A DNA stretch of 64,000 nucleotides from an uncultured delta proteobacterium (GTDB lineage Bacteria > Desulfobacterota > Desulfobacteria > Desulfobacterales > SG8-13), in contig CAWKCK010000002.1 in assembly GCA_963848135.1 (NCBI GenBank), positions 62,001 through 126,000 on the forward strand, written 5' to 3'. The notes beneath the pieces were generated by a model. The model was not told the DNA's origin and searched no databases. It saw only the letters and a list, made by a program, of their open reading frames with translations. Both the position numbers and the translations under genes were made by a program. Below, one piece after another: positions 27,560 to 38,876 of this stretch. Each line of letters starts with the position of its first letter. The first letter of the stretch is position 1.

Positions 27560-30500
27560 TCACCGCGAGACGATCCGTATACCATAATCCTTCATGTGGT
27601 AGATGGCCAAGCCATCGACGGTTAATATACCGTCGGCACGCAGCTCAGGTGTCGGTTGATTTTTAACAAACGTTATAAAGGCTTCCACCTTAACAGTATG
27701 GTTTTGTGGGATAATTTGCCCGCGGTATTGCCAGGTATGAGGGACCCGGTGGACGTGTTCGAATCGGTGGCCGTCGGTCAGGTTTCCCCAGCGTCGTATG
27801 GCATCATATTTCAGCAACTGTAAAAACGATTCAACTCCGAGCGAGCCGGGGCATACCGGATCCTGATAGAAGTGGGCCTTGAAAAACCATTCCCCCGGAT
27901 CGATTGTTTTGCTGGCACGCAGATAACCAATTCCTTTGGGTCCGCCGAGAGGGTCACAAAACTCAACGCGGTCTATCATTCGCAATGCTTTGGCCGGCAG
28001 GGACAACCCTTTTGCTGCCTTTGGATTGTCGGTGTCATCCGGTGTCAGCGGCGCTTCGTCCGGCAGAGAAATTTCCAGATTGGCATTCCGGCTATCCGAT
28101 TCGATATTTTCACGCAGGACCTTGTCGACGTTGATACCCTTCTGGTCGGCCAGGGATTCAGGCGTAAAGAAACCGAAGACGGTGTTGCCTTCATAAATCA
28201 TCTGGTCTTGTCCCAGCACCTGGAAATCGAAACTTTCAATAATAACGTCCCCGACACTCGAAACTTTTGTCATACGGCAGCGGATGTTCAGTACCTGATG
28301 GGCGGCGGGGATATCCCGGAGCAGGGTTGCTTGACCGTCGAGGTTTCTGAATCGCAATGCCTTGGAACTCTTGAGCGCTGAACCGGCATAGGCTGCCAAC
28401 CATCCGCAGGCTTGCAGTGCGATTTCCAGGAGGATGCAGTAGGGCATATTATCCGATCGGTTGGCCCTGAAGTACCAGTCATCGGGGCGAACATCGAACT
28501 CGGCCTCAATCCATCCTCCGGGTTTCAATTTCCAGGGCTCGGGCTCGACGGAGATGACCCGGTCGAGAAACGCGTATGGCGGGGCCGGGAGCCGGGCGAT
28601 AAAACGATCGCTATCGAATACGGTGTAGCGGTCACCGAATGCTTGAGACGGTTTGCCCGTGGTAAAAGCCAAAATTCGTTGCCGGTCGTATAGTGCCTGC
28701 TTTGGCAACCGGGTGGGAGGCCTGGCAACAGACGGCCGTCTCGCCTTCCAGTCATTCTCGAGAAGATCGCGGGTCAATCCGGACAGGCGTATCGCCATGT
28801 CCGTAAAACGCACGATGTAGCGGCCGTCGGCATACATATGCGCATCGGCCAGAGCATAGGGCGCAGGGTCATAGCCGAGTTCCTTGAGTTCGACCTCGTA
28901 GATCACCTGCCGGGTCCGGGGTGTTACCGGCCCACGGCACCGCAGAACGCTCTTGATACCCGGGATCGTATCGTAGTGAATGTCCGTCCGGTCAGATACC
29001 CAGCCCAACCGTTGCAGAAACACCCTCAGTGTGTGTGCGCAGCATTCGTACATCAGCGTACCGGGCATGGTCATATCGTCAACGAAATGGCAGGTCAGGA
29101 ACCAGTCATCGGGGTGAATGTCCGCTTCGGCTCGAATGGAACCGAGGCCATAGCGACCGCCGTGGGGATCGAGGTGCTGGATCCTGTCGATCAGCTTCAT
29201 ACGGCCATTCGGGAGCCTCAGGGACGGCGAAAGTACGACACCGTCAAAATCCGGCCCGAAACAGGCGGAAAGGTTACCCGTTCTCAGACATTCGATTTGG
29301 TCTTCGGTATAGCTCTCCCTTGCCTGGGGAACGAGTTCTGTCCATTGGGGATCCCGTTTCCCGGTCATCGTTTCGCGGTCCTCGGCCGTCGGGATGATTC
29401 CCCCCGAGTTTTGGATTTCTTCTTCGGTGAAAAAGCCGGCACACCCATCGGTCATGCTGATCAATGGCTGGTTGTTTATGGAGCCTTCAAAATTGAAGAA
29501 AAAAAGGACAGTCTGCCCCTGACGGATGAATTTTTCGATTTTTATTTCGTAGCGGATGGTATCTCCCGGACGGGGGAGTTCGCGATGGAAGACCACACTG
29601 GCGTCCAGCAATCGATAGACCCGTTCACCTTTTACCGCCAGGTCGATACCGAGGTATGCGCAAAGGAAGAGGTCGGCCTGACCGGCTTCCACGGCAATAC
29701 AGACCGGTGCGCGATCGCCATCGAGATACCAGGCGCCGGTCAGCACGTCGTGCTCGGTGACCAAGCGGCCCGATGTCAGAGACCCTTTGACGCCTTCTAC
29801 CGAAACGATGCGGTCAACCAGCATCAACGGTTCAGCCGGAAGACGGACACGCGTTCGATACGAATCGACCGGTGCAAAGTCCGCGCCGAGGACCCGGGCG
29901 ACTTTACCAATGGCAAATTCGAGACACTGTTTGCGATCATATGACACCGGGATTGATGATGCCGTATCGTAACGTGGTGCATGGATCGGTTCCGGACGAT
30001 TTCCCTCGTGCAAGGCGCTTCTGCGGGAGAGGGCTTCGACCAAGCGGGAGTGATAGGAAACCGCCTCATCGAACTTTCGCGATAAACCGGTCGAAAAATC
30101 GAGATATTGGCTGTGGGCGGCCGCTGTGGCCGTCATCGTCCGGGTAAATTCGTCGATCAGGTTTCCATGCGAGCTTTTCACTATAGGCACAACCGGGGAC
30201 GGTCGGTGTTTGTCGTCCAAAGGATCGAAAATCGGACTGTCCGATTGCGGCGGCTTTTGCGGCTTGAGGATTTCCGGCTCTTTGACGCCGGATGGCGGAA
30301 GTTTTTCATCCGGTTCGGGGGAAGACAGCGAACTTCTGGTTTCAGGCGAGGGGGTTGACTGCATACTGTCGGTGGCTTCCGGCGATGACGGGCAGAGAAT
30401 TTTGCCGCCGATGGGAATTTCAATGATGTTGCGTATGTCCCGTTGACCGGCAGCAGGACCTGGTCGTGAGCGGTCCACCTCCGGATACAGCCATTGCAGG

Positions 30501-33500
30501 TCTAACGGGACCCTTTCGGCGATAAGCGTGCCGATTCCCTTCAGCACCGATTCGATTCCGCCGGAACCCGGCAAGTCAAGAGAATAACTCAGGTGGGGTC
30601 GGTCTCCGAGAATACGCCGAATCATCCGGCTGCAGGAGGTACCGGGGCCCAATTCGAGAAAGAGGCGCACCCCGTCGGCATACGCCTGCTCGATCGTGGG
30701 TGGGAATTTAAAACCGTGCAGAGCCTGCGATAGAATGGAGTCAGCAGCGCTATCGGTGGTCGGTGTGTAAGCGCGCCCACTGGAGCAGCTATAGAAACGA
30801 ACCCCCTGGGGCGCAACCGTTGGAAATACATGCAGCGCCCTGTATTGGTCGGCCACCGGAGCCAAGACATCACAGTGTACGGTAATCACTCCGTTCAGAT
30901 CGATCGCTTGGCATTTGAGTCGGCGGATAAGAGTGGCGACCTGGTCTTGGTCGCCACCGACCACACACTCTTCAGGGGTATTAACGATCAATAACCTCAC
31001 TGTTGCAAGACCGTCTATGGCCTTGCGTATCGTTTCCGCCGGCCGATTGACCACGGCCGTTCGCCATTCGAATTTTTCACCGGCGCTCATTTTCCAGGCC
31101 TGCCGGGCCGCCAAACATGGACCGGATAGTTGCCTGTGAAAGAGATCGGTTGCCTGCATCCTTTCAAAGACCTCGTTGCGATCGGGCCAGGCCTTCATGG
31201 CAATAAGGCCGGTCACTTCGCCGAGGCTGTAACCGATGACGGCCTGGGGAATTACCTTGAAACACTGCATCAGCATGGTTGTCATGCAGCCGAAGGCCAC
31301 CGGGCCGATAATGGGATCGAGGGGGTCATTGGTAAAATTTTGCAGGTTGGTTTTCGGCCTGTCAGTACCATAGGACCGGGACATAAATACGTCCGGGCGG
31401 AATTGAGATTTTAAATGCAGCGTTTCGGTATCGAGCTGACGAATGACTTCCGGCCAATGTAAGGCGATCTCCCGCCCCATATCGGGGTAATGGTTGCCGG
31501 AGCCGGGATAGACAAAGGCGAGATCTCCGCCATTCAGGGGAGTGGGTCGAAAACAGACCCCGCCGACGGAACCGAAATCGCTTGGAATTTCAGCCTCAAT
31601 GGCCTGTCGCGCGTCATTTGTTAGTGTTTTAAGGTTGGCCACATCCGGTGCCAGCAGAACCGCAGCCAGCGGCAGTTTTGAATCGAGCGGTTGACGGTGC
31701 AACCAGCGGTGCGCCGCGTCTTCGGCGGTCAGTCGGCCGGTATTTTGTCTTTCGGCGTAGCGGCGGAGTTTCTCTACGGCCGCTAAAAGCGTCCGGGGGG
31801 TTTGGCCCTGAACGACGAATAAACCCAGTGCCGCCGGACCCAAGGGGTGCCGTTTTTCTTTTCGCTTGATGGGTTCAGCCAAGGCCAATCGGGGTAATCG
31901 GTCCGAAGCCTGCTGTAAAACGGTAGCGGCGATATTGCCATCGCCAGTGTCTACAACGATGCAGGCCCGGCGCGGCCCGTCCTGGCGGTTGCGGAACCAG
32001 TACCGCGGAAGCAGGGGTAATATGAAATCATGGCCCGGCCGGATATCGTTGGCCGCTGATCGGTAACCGGCCAGGGGTGGAATAATTTCTTGATAGAGAC
32101 TCAGCGCGGTTTTAACGACGGCCGCCAGTCCCGAAGCCGCACCTGAGTGCCCCAGGTTCGAAATGCTCGAGCCGACCGAACAGGGGTTTTTACCATCGGA
32201 AAACACAGCCTTTAGCGCCCGGGTAATCGTGCGGTCACGGTTTGGAATCCCCGGGGCAATCGTTTCCACGTATTCGATGTTGCGCGGTGACGCGTCGGCC
32301 TCCGTCAAGGCCTGTTTCAGGGCGAGGCTGAATGTCTCGGCACTGATACCGGTGCCAACCTCCGGGTCGCCGCAGGAATTCCCGATCCCGCTGACAAGTG
32401 CGTAAACGCGGTCACCGTCGGCAACAGCCTGCTCATGTCTCTTAAGAACCAGCGCCACGGCACCTTCTCCCGGGAGGGTACCGTCCGCTTCCGCGTCGAA
32501 AGGTGCTACCGTTCCTTTTGCTGAAAACAAACCGCTTTCGCGACTGGTGATGATTTGGCGGATATCACCGGCAAGATCGACCGCTCCCACCAGTACGGCG
32601 TCGGTTTCTTTTCGTTGAAGGGATCGGACACCGATTTCAAGGGCGCGGTTTCCTGAAGCAGCCTCTGCCGAGACCCCGAAACTCGCGCCGCCGAACCTGA
32701 ATTCCCGGGCAATCCGGCTGGCGATGATGCCACCGAGGGCGCCGAGAGTGCGGCTGGCGTTGAGGGGCGGTGAGGCGGCATTTTGAAGGGCCGATATCCA
32801 CTCATCAAGGGCCTGCTCATCCATACCGGGGAAATATTGCCGACGCCACTTCCGAGCAAGGGCGGGCAGGGACCAGCGAAAATGATAGGTGCTGGCTTCA
32901 AAATCAAAGTCGAGCCCGATAACGGCGCCCATTCTGGGGCGGTCCCTGACCTCGGAGAGACCGGCATCCGCCATGGCGCCGGCAGCCACTTGCAGCATCA
33001 GAAGGTGCTGGGGAAGAATATCGGGAATTTCCTTGGGAGGGATTCGAAACTCGTTGACGCCGATGCGAAGGTTAGGCATGAACCCGCCTCTGCGCGGCAG
33101 GTTTTCAGCTGATAAATCGAGCAGGGACGAGAGGCCTTTCCACCGGCCATTCGGTCGATCGCCAATAATGCTGCGACCGTTGAAAATCATTTCCTGAAAC
33201 GCCTGCAAGGAGACCATCGGCCCAAAAGATACCGCCATGCCGACCACGGCTATCGATGGGGGTTTTGTCGGCTTTGTCGATGCGGTTGTCTCTTCTCCGC
33301 CGGTGTCTGGGTTTATTACCGCTGGCAGAGCGCCGACTTTCGGTTTAGAATCTTCTGCCCACTCCTCGAGCAGAAGATGACCGTTGATGCCGCCAAAACC
33401 GAAAGCGCTTACCGCCGCCCGGCGACAACGATCCTGGGGAGACGGCCAATGCGCGTGATCGATCTGGACCCGAAACGGGCTGCCGGTCAGGGGGCTGTTC

Positions 33501-34693
33501 ATTGCCGGTTGATCGAAATTCAAGGAAGGCGGCAGCGTTTTTTCTTTCAGGGCCAGCAAAGTCTTGATGATTCCGGCTGCCCCGGCCGCGGTGAGCAGGT
33601 GGCCGATCATCGATTTTACCGACCCGATGGCGCATTGGCCGGGCGTCCAACCGGTGTCACCCCATAACGTGCAAAGGCTGTTGAGTTCGGTGATATCGCC
33701 GATTGGTGTTCCGGCACCATGGCATTCGATCAGGTCGATGTCTGTTGGATGCCATCCCGCAGCGTCATAGGCCGCCTGCATGGCCCTTACCTGGCCGTTG
33801 CTTTCAGGGGCCAGGAGATTGCCACGCATGTCATTGGACACGCCGATGCCATGGATGACGCCGTGAATGCGATCATTGGCGGCAATGGCATCCTCGAGCC
33901 GTTTGAGGACGAGAATGCCGGCGCCTTCACCGACCACAAGGCCATCGGCCCTGCGGTCAAAAGGTGCACATCGACCAGAGGGGGAAAGGGCTCTAAGCTG
34001 GCTGAACCCGACTTGCGTATACAGGCAATCCGGGCGCGAGACCCCGCCGGCCAGCATGGCATCCGCTCGTCGGGCGATAAGCTCGTCACAGGCAAGTTTG
34101 ACGGCATAAAGAGAAGAGGCGCAGGCGGCGTCGAGGGTATAGGAGCCGCCGCCGAGACCAAGGGCTCTGGCCAGAATGGCGGCCGGTAGAGCAGTGACTC
34201 CTGCAGCGAGTTTGCCATTTTTATACGGTAACCGATAGGCGGATTTGCCGAAGAGTGTCTTTTCGAATAAAGCGTGAAATAGTTCCCTCGTAATGGACGA
34301 TGCGGCATCTGTCGGAAGGCAAATGGCTGCCAGTACTATGCCGGTACGCCGCCGATTTAAAGTGATTTGGGCCGGCTCGGATACGGATCGGCGACCGACG
34401 TCAAGAACCATGTGATAGAGCGGATCAAGATCGTTTGCCAACCCAGGATCCAGGTTCAGGCCCGAAGGGTCGAAATCGAGTCTGTCCACAGTACAGCAGC
34501 GACTGTTCAGAGCCTTATCCGGTGCCGGTAGCGGGCTGACCATGCGATCTCGGTCGGCAATCCAGCGATCTGGGGGTACTTCCCGCATGGCCGCGGTTTT
34601 TGAAACGATATTTTGCCAGTAAGCGCGCAGATCGGAAGCGCCGGGAAACATTCCGGCCATTCCGACCACGGCGATCAGGGAATGATATCGCAT
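27560..34693 (-). CDS. pfaC: PUFA-synthase PfaB/C-type fusion: KS-CLF-AT-(FabA-like DH)x4
   Basis: KS DAACASS/HGAGT/KSMIGH; Cys-less second KS (SAEAASG); AT YPGSG/GYSLG; DH motifs CHFVDDMTMPGTLM and AHFYQDPVCPGSLG plus two pseudo-DH segments. Confidence 0.88.
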   Translation of the reverse strand: MRYHSLIAVVGMAGMFPGASDLRAYWQNIVSKTAAMREVPPDRWIADRDRMVSPLPAPDKALNSRCCTVDRLDFDPSGLNLDPGLANDLDPLYHMVLDVGRRSVSEPAQITLNRRRTGIVLAAICLPTDAASSITRELFHALFEKTLFGKSAYRLPYKNGKLAAGVTALPAAILARALGLGGGSYTLDAACASSLYAVKLACDELIARRADAMLAGGVSRPDCLYTQVGFSQLRALSPSGRCAPFDRRADGLVVGEGAGILVLKRLEDAIAANDRIHGVIHGIGVSNDMRGNLLAPESNGQVRAMQAAYDAAGWHPTDIDLIECHGAGTPIGDITELNSLCTLWGDTGWTPGQCAIGSVKSMIGHLLTAAGAAGIIKTLLALKEKTLPPSLNFDQPAMNSPLTGSPFRVQIDHAHWPSPQDRCRRAAVSAFGFGGINGHLLLEEWAEDSKPKVGALPAVINPDTGGEETTASTKPTKPPSIAVVGMAVSFGPMVSLQAFQEMIFNGRSIIGDRPNGRWKGLSSLLDLSAENLPRRGGFMPNLRIGVNEFRIPPKEIPDILPQHLLMLQVAAGAMADAGLSEVRDRPRMGAVIGLDFDFEASTYHFRWSLPALARKWRRQYFPGMDEQALDEWISALQNAASPPLNASRTLGALGGIIASRIAREFRFGGASFGVSAEAASGNRALEIGVRSLQRKETDAVLVGAVDLAGDIRQIITSRESGLFSAKGTVAPFDAEADGTLPGEGAVALVLKRHEQAVADGDRVYALVSGIGNSCGDPEVGTGISAETFSLALKQALTEADASPRNIEYVETIAPGIPNRDRTITRALKAVFSDGKNPCSVGSSISNLGHSGAASGLAAVVKTALSLYQEIIPPLAGYRSAANDIRPGHDFILPLLPRYWFRNRQDGPRRACIVVDTGDGNIAATVLQQASDRLPRLALAEPIKRKEKRHPLGPAALGLFVVQGQTPRTLLAAVEKLRRYAERQNTGRLTAEDAAHRWLHRQPLDSKLPLAAVLLAPDVANLKTLTNDARQAIEAEIPSDFGSVGGVCFRPTPLNGGDLAFVYPGSGNHYPDMGREIALHWPEVIRQLDTETLHLKSQFRPDVFMSRSYGTDRPKTNLQNFTNDPLDPIIGPVAFGCMTTMLMQCFKVIPQAVIGYSLGEVTGLIAMKAWPDRNEVFERMQATDLFHRQLSGPCLAARQAWKMSAGEKFEWRTAVVNRPAETIRKAIDGLATVRLLIVNTPEECVVGGDQDQVATLIRRLKCQAIDLNGVITVHCDVLAPVADQYRALHVFPTVAPQGVRFYSCSSGRAYTPTTDSAADSILSQALHGFKFPPTIEQAYADGVRLFLELGPGTSCSRMIRRILGDRPHLSYSLDLPGSGGIESVLKGIGTLIAERVPLDLQWLYPEVDRSRPGPAAGQRDIRNIIEIPIGGKILCPSSPEATDSMQSTPSPETRSSLSSPEPDEKLPPSGVKEPEILKPQKPPQSDSPIFDPLDDKHRPSPVVPIVKSSHGNLIDEFTRTMTATAAAHSQYLDFSTGLSRKFDEAVSYHSRLVEALSRRSALHEGNRPEPIHAPRYDTASSIPVSYDRKQCLEFAIGKVARVLGADFAPVDSYRTRVRLPAEPLMLVDRIVSVEGVKGSLTSGRLVTEHDVLTGAWYLDGDRAPVCIAVEAGQADLFLCAYLGIDLAVKGERVYRLLDASVVFHRELPRPGDTIRYEIKIEKFIRQGQTVLFFFNFEGSINNQPLISMTDGCAGFFTEEEIQNSGGIIPTAEDRETMTGKRDPQWTELVPQARESYTEDQIECLRTGNLSACFGPDFDGVVLSPSLRLPNGRMKLIDRIQHLDPHGGRYGLGSIRAEADIHPDDWFLTCHFVDDMTMPGTLMYECCAHTLRVFLQRLGWVSDRTDIHYDTIPGIKSVLRCRGPVTPRTRQVIYEVELKELGYDPAPYALADAHMYADGRYIVRFTDMAIRLSGLTRDLLENDWKARRPSVARPPTRLPKQALYDRQRILAFTTGKPSQAFGDRYTVFDSDRFIARLPAPPYAFLDRVISVEPEPWKLKPGGWIEAEFDVRPDDWYFRANRSDNMPYCILLEIALQACGWLAAYAGSALKSSKALRFRNLDGQATLLRDIPAAHQVLNIRCRMTKVSSVGDVIIESFDFQVLGQDQMIYEGNTVFGFFTPESLADQKGINVDKVLRENIESDSRNANLEISLPDEAPLTPDDTDNPKAAKGLSLPAKALRMIDRVEFCDPLGGPKGIGYLRASKTIDPGEWFFKAHFYQDPVCPGSLGVESFLQLLKYDAIRRWGNLTDGHRFEHVHRVPHTWQYRGQIIPQNHTVKVEAFITFVKNQPTPELRADGILTVDGLAIYHMKDYGIRIVSR

Positions 34694-34986
34694 GGCGTCA
34701 ATTTCATGGCTGCTATGGGTATTTGGTCGAGGTCCAAGAAGTCGCTGATGGGTATGTATCTCCGGGAAATGATGCCAGTGGCTGGAGTTGCCCGCGGTTT
34801 ACTACCGGCGCAGGCCCGATTAGCGATTGTTAATCGAGGGTGTCATTGCCGCTACACCCATAAATACAATTGATTTAATAAACTTTATTATTAACCACAA
34901 AATATTAAAAAGGTCAATACCTCGGGTTTGCCGACCGATTTCGTAGAAACTGTCGACCATCGACCACAGTGGAAACCGAATCTGGC

Positions 34987-35015
34987 TTGCCTAAAATGAT
35001 AGAGAATGGTAAATT
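34987..35015 (+). promoter_or_regulatory. Candidate sigma70 promoter for gspN
   Basis: TTGCCT, 17 bp spacer ending in TGn, TAAATT. Confidence 0.4.
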
Positions 35016-35055
35016 TAATCTTTAGAATAACTTAAACGGTATTGAAAAACGGCGC

Positions 35056-35910
35056 ATGAATAAAAAGACGTTGATTCTATACGGGTTGTACGCTGTCGTT
35101 GTCGCAGCATTCTTTCTTTATTACCTGTTTCCGTCGCAAAGCCTGAAAAACTATATCGTTGCCCAGGCCAGCAGGGTGAACCCTGATTATCGTCTATCAG
35201 CAGCCAGGGCGCAGCTGATATTTCCTTACAAGATTCGACTTCACAACGTCGAACTGGATCATTTTTCCGATCGTTTTTTGGAAGCCGAAGAGGTGACGAT
35301 AACGCCGCGCTTGCGGTCTTTGATCAGCAGAAAATCCGTGTTTGCTTTTTCAGCGAACGCCCATCGAGGGCATATCACGGGTACCGCCGATATTGCCGAC
35401 GGCCAGAGCTTGGTTCTCAACGCCGCCGCATCGGGGGTTCAACTGGCCGATATTCCTTTCCTTAAAAATGCATCACCCAACCGGGTTGAGGGTGTCCTGC
35501 AAGGCACCCTTAATTACGCCGCCGGAAACGGGAGATTGGAGGCGCTGAGTGTCAATTTTGAGATATCCCAATTAACGATTGAGCCGGCGACACCATTTTT
35601 TACACTCAAGATAATCAGCTTCACGACGGTCGAAGCCGAGGCTGTTCTTCAAAATCAACAGTTGAAAATATCACGTGTGACATTGACAGGCGATCAGATA
35701 CAAGGCAATCTTTCAGGATATGCGTCTATCGGCAATGACATCCGGTTGACAACTGTCAATTTGAGTGGAACCGTTATGCCGCAGACAAAATTCATTCAGC
35801 GTTCCGGTTTTCAGATCCCGCCATCGCTACTTGAGGATCTGAAAACCGGCGGTGGTATTCCCGTCCGGATATCTGGTCCGCTCGATGATTTGCGTTTGGA
35901 AACAAAGTGA
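35056..35910 (+). CDS. gspN: Type II secretion system protein N (deltaproteobacterial type)
   Basis: N-terminal TM ending FLYYLFP, beta-rich body, C-terminal IPVRISGPL; precedes gspC and gspD. Confidence 0.7.
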   Translation: MNKKTLILYGLYAVVVAAFFLYYLFPSQSLKNYIVAQASRVNPDYRLSAARAQLIFPYKIRLHNVELDHFSDRFLEAEEVTITPRLRSLISRKSVFAFSANAHRGHITGTADIADGQSLVLNAAASGVQLADIPFLKNASPNRVEGVLQGTLNYAAGNGRLEALSVNFEISQLTIEPATPFFTLKIISFTTVEAEAVLQNQQLKISRVTLTGDQIQGNLSGYASIGNDIRLTTVNLSGTVMPQTKFIQRSGFQIPPSLLEDLKTGGGIPVRISGPLDDLRLETK

Positions 35911-36030
35911 GGTCCGCCATGGGGCGAACCACTGCGGCTGTGCTCGTAGACTCCCGGATGCAAGATGCGAAACGCGGCCGCCGGATCGCGGCGGAATTCA
36001 AACAAACTGCTTTGACCAAGGGTTAATGCT

Positions 36031-36903
36031 ATGTACAAGCATCTATTTACACTTTTAAACCTATTGATAATCGGGACCATGGTTTATTTTGTCGTCAGCA
36101 CGTTTTTCCTGGCGACGTCGACGCATCTGGAATCGTCGCCAACCGGGCCAACAGAACAAATGGCGCCGGCTAAAATTGAAAGAACCCAGAAACCGCCGCT
36201 GGCAACATACAATCCAATTTTCGACCGTAACCTCTTTGACACCAAAGCGACCGTGGAGGCCGCACCCAAGACTGTGGACGTGGAAGACCTCGAACAGACG
36301 AGTTTGCAACTCAAGTTATGGGGTACGGTCACCGGACCTCCCGAGGAAGCGTATGCCGTCATCGAGGAGGGCGGCAAAAGGGAGCAGAATCTCTTCCGTG
36401 TCGGCGATAGCATTCAAAATGCCACCGTCAAGTTAATCCTGAGAGAGAAAATTATATTGAATGTTGAAGGCAAGGACGAAATCTTGGAGATCGAAAAGGC
36501 GGTCGGGAAGGGTTCGGCGTCCGCGCGGGCGATTCCTGGTCGACCCGTACCGGGACGGTCGGCGGCACAGAGGCCGGTCAGCGTCCAGAAAATTACACTC
36601 AGGCGCAACCAAATCGACAGCGCCATCCAGGACGTCTCCCAATTGATGAATCAAGTCAACATCCGACCGCATTTCTACCAGGGACAACCGGATGGAATGA
36701 TGCTCTCCCGCATCAAACCGAACTCTATCTTTATGCGGATGGGTCTCAGAAACGGGGACGTTATCACCGGCGTCAATGGGCGTGACATCTCCACTGTAGA
36801 CGATGCCCTGGGATTCTATGAAAACCTCAAGTCCGCCGATGACGTTAAATTAAATCTTAAACGGGGTGGTCGCCAGCGAACGATCGAGTACAGCATAAAA
36901 TAA
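36031..36903 (+). CDS. gspC: Type II secretion system protein C with PDZ domain
   Basis: TM, RNLF, LKLWGTVTG..AYAVIE..FRVGDSI HR domain; GLRNGDVITGVNG PDZ. Confidence 0.88.
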   Translation: MYKHLFTLLNLLIIGTMVYFVVSTFFLATSTHLESSPTGPTEQMAPAKIERTQKPPLATYNPIFDRNLFDTKATVEAAPKTVDVEDLEQTSLQLKLWGTVTGPPEEAYAVIEEGGKREQNLFRVGDSIQNATVKLILREKIILNVEGKDEILEIEKAVGKGSASARAIPGRPVPGRSAAQRPVSVQKITLRRNQIDSAIQDVSQLMNQVNIRPHFYQGQPDGMMLSRIKPNSIFMRMGLRNGDVITGVNGRDISTVDDALGFYENLKSADDVKLNLKRGGRQRTIEYSIK

Positions 36904-36959
36904 TCATACAGCCCCGATGTGTGCCCATCTATAACTATCCTTTGAACCACCTGACTGCC

Positions 36960-38876
36960 ATGAAATTGTCTGCCCGCCTGCTTGTTTGCCTGATGTTGAC
37001 CGCTTTCGTCTGTCTGCCGACGATTGGCGCCAGCGACGTCGACAATCGAAAACCGATGGATGACCGGCGCATTTCGATTAATTTCACTAATGTCGATATT
37101 ACTGTCTTTATTGACTTTTTTAGTGAATTAACCGGCAGAAATTTCATCGTCGACCCGCGGGTTAAAGGAAACGTGACCATTCTTTCGTCAAGCCCGATAT
37201 CTATGACCGATCTTGAGGCCGTATTTCAAACCACCCTGGAGGTCAACGGTTTCAGTACAGTCGTTGCCGGCCAGATGACAAAGATCGTACCTTCTGCTGA
37301 TGCCCGTACCATGGCCATCGAAACCGGGTCTTCCCGGGTTGCAGGGTCGACGGGGGATATCCCGCTGACTCAGATCATCCCCTTGGTCTATGCGGACGCC
37401 GTTCAGCTGCAGCGCCTCCTGACACCCATGCTTCCACGGTCTGCATTCATAGCTTCGTTTACGAATGCCAACGTCTTGCTTATCACCGACACAGCCGCCA
37501 ATATTCGCCGGATGATGAAAATCATACGGGAATTAGACATCGACGACACGGGGCGTGAATTGACCCTGATACCTCTTGATCATTCGGACGGACGCGCGTT
37601 GGTGACTATCCTCACCAGCGTGTTCCAGTCACCATCAGCCGTGCAAAAAAAAGGGGGACCGGCCAAAAAAGTGTCAATCACCGTAGACGAACACGCCAAC
37701 ATTCTCGTCATTATTGCCGATAGAACCGATACCCATAGGATCAAAAGCCTCGTCGAACTGCTGGACCGGAAAGTCATACGCGATAGGGGAAAAATCCGTG
37801 TTTACGCCTTAAAAAACGCCGATGTCGAGGAGATGGTAAAGACCCTGGGTGAGTTGCCTGTCGAGGAAGGCACGCAGAACACGACAAAGGGTAAAGCACC
37901 GGTGTTGCCGCCTTCTCTGAAGATTTCCGGATACCCTGCCACAAACAGTTTGATTGTCACAGCAGAAAAAGAAGAAGAATTTCAGCAGCTGGAAGGCATT
38001 ATCCAAGCGCTCGATGTGCCCCGGGGTATGGTATACATTGAAGCATTGATCATGGAAGTGGATGCCCGGGAGGATCTCAGTATCGGCGTTGAGTGGACTG
38101 CAGTGGGTGAGACGCAAATCGGCGGTAAACCGGCTGCCGTCGGTGGGGGATTCGTCAATGCGGTCGGACAGTCAGCATTGCCGGCCCTCGTTAGCGGCGT
38201 GCTGTCCTCCGGGTTTTCCCTTGGCGTTTTTACCAAAGCGATAGAAATTGCGGGGGTCCAATTCAATAATCTAACGGCGCTGATTCAGGCAATGAAAGAG
38301 AACCAGGATGTGACAATCGTCTCCACGCCGCAGATATTGACCACCGACAACGAGGAGGCAAAGATTACCGTCGCCACGAATTTGCCTTTCCAGTCCGGGA
38401 CCTCGACATTCCAGGATGATACATTCGCCACGTTTGATTATCGGGACGTCGGAACGACTTTGAGTATTACGCCCCAGATCGGTCACGAGGGAACGGTGCG
38501 GCTGGCCATCAGCCTGGAATTATCCGTACTCGAATCGACCACCGACTTCAAGCCAACCACCTTGAAACGCACCGTTGAGACGGATGTGTCCATCCAGGAC
38601 GCCAGTACAGTGGTTATCGGCGGCCTCCTTGAAGACAATCGCACATTGTCAGAATTCAAAGTCCCCCTCTTGGGGGACATCCCTTTGTTGGGATGGCTTT
38701 TTAAATTTCAAAGTGAATCGCAAAAGAAAACAAACCTGTTTATCTTCTTGACACCGCGCGTGATTAAAGAATCCGTTGAAGCTAAAGCGTTTCAAGAAGA
38801 GAAACGCGATTCCATTAAAAAAACGAAAATGGGACAGATTAAAAAGAATAGCAACCCACTTAGATATCATGAATGA
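36960..38876 (+). CDS. gspD: Type II secretion system secretin
   Basis: Signal peptide; INFTNVDI..NFIVDPRVKGNVT N0; VYIEALIMEV, STPQILTTDNEEA, KVPLLGDIPLLGWLF, NLFIFLTPRVI. Confidence 0.92.
   Translation: MKLSARLLVCLMLTAFVCLPTIGASDVDNRKPMDDRRISINFTNVDITVFIDFFSELTGRNFIVDPRVKGNVTILSSSPISMTDLEAVFQTTLEVNGFSTVVAGQMTKIVPSADARTMAIETGSSRVAGSTGDIPLTQIIPLVYADAVQLQRLLTPMLPRSAFIASFTNANVLLITDTAANIRRMMKIIRELDIDDTGRELTLIPLDHSDGRALVTILTSVFQSPSAVQKKGGPAKKVSITVDEHANILVIIADRTDTHRIKSLVELLDRKVIRDRGKIRVYALKNADVEEMVKTLGELPVEEGTQNTTKGKAPVLPPSLKISGYPATNSLIVTAEKEEEFQQLEGIIQALDVPRGMVYIEALIMEVDAREDLSIGVEWTAVGETQIGGKPAAVGGGFVNAVGQSALPALVSGVLSSGFSLGVFTKAIEIAGVQFNNLTALIQAMKENQDVTIVSTPQILTTDNEEAKITVATNLPFQSGTSTFQDDTFATFDYRDVGTTLSITPQIGHEGTVRLAISLELSVLESTTDFKPTTLKRTVETDVSIQDASTVVIGGLLEDNRTLSEFKVPLLGDIPLLGWLFKFQSESQKKTNLFIFLTPRVIKESVEAKAFQEEKRDSIKKTKMGQIKKNSNPLRYHE

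Noticed and set aside
28838..29944. Long antisense ORFs (also 18788..19738, 19973..20905, 57656..58666)
   Set aside because: Shadows of well-supported genes on the opposite strand, with no recognisable motifs.
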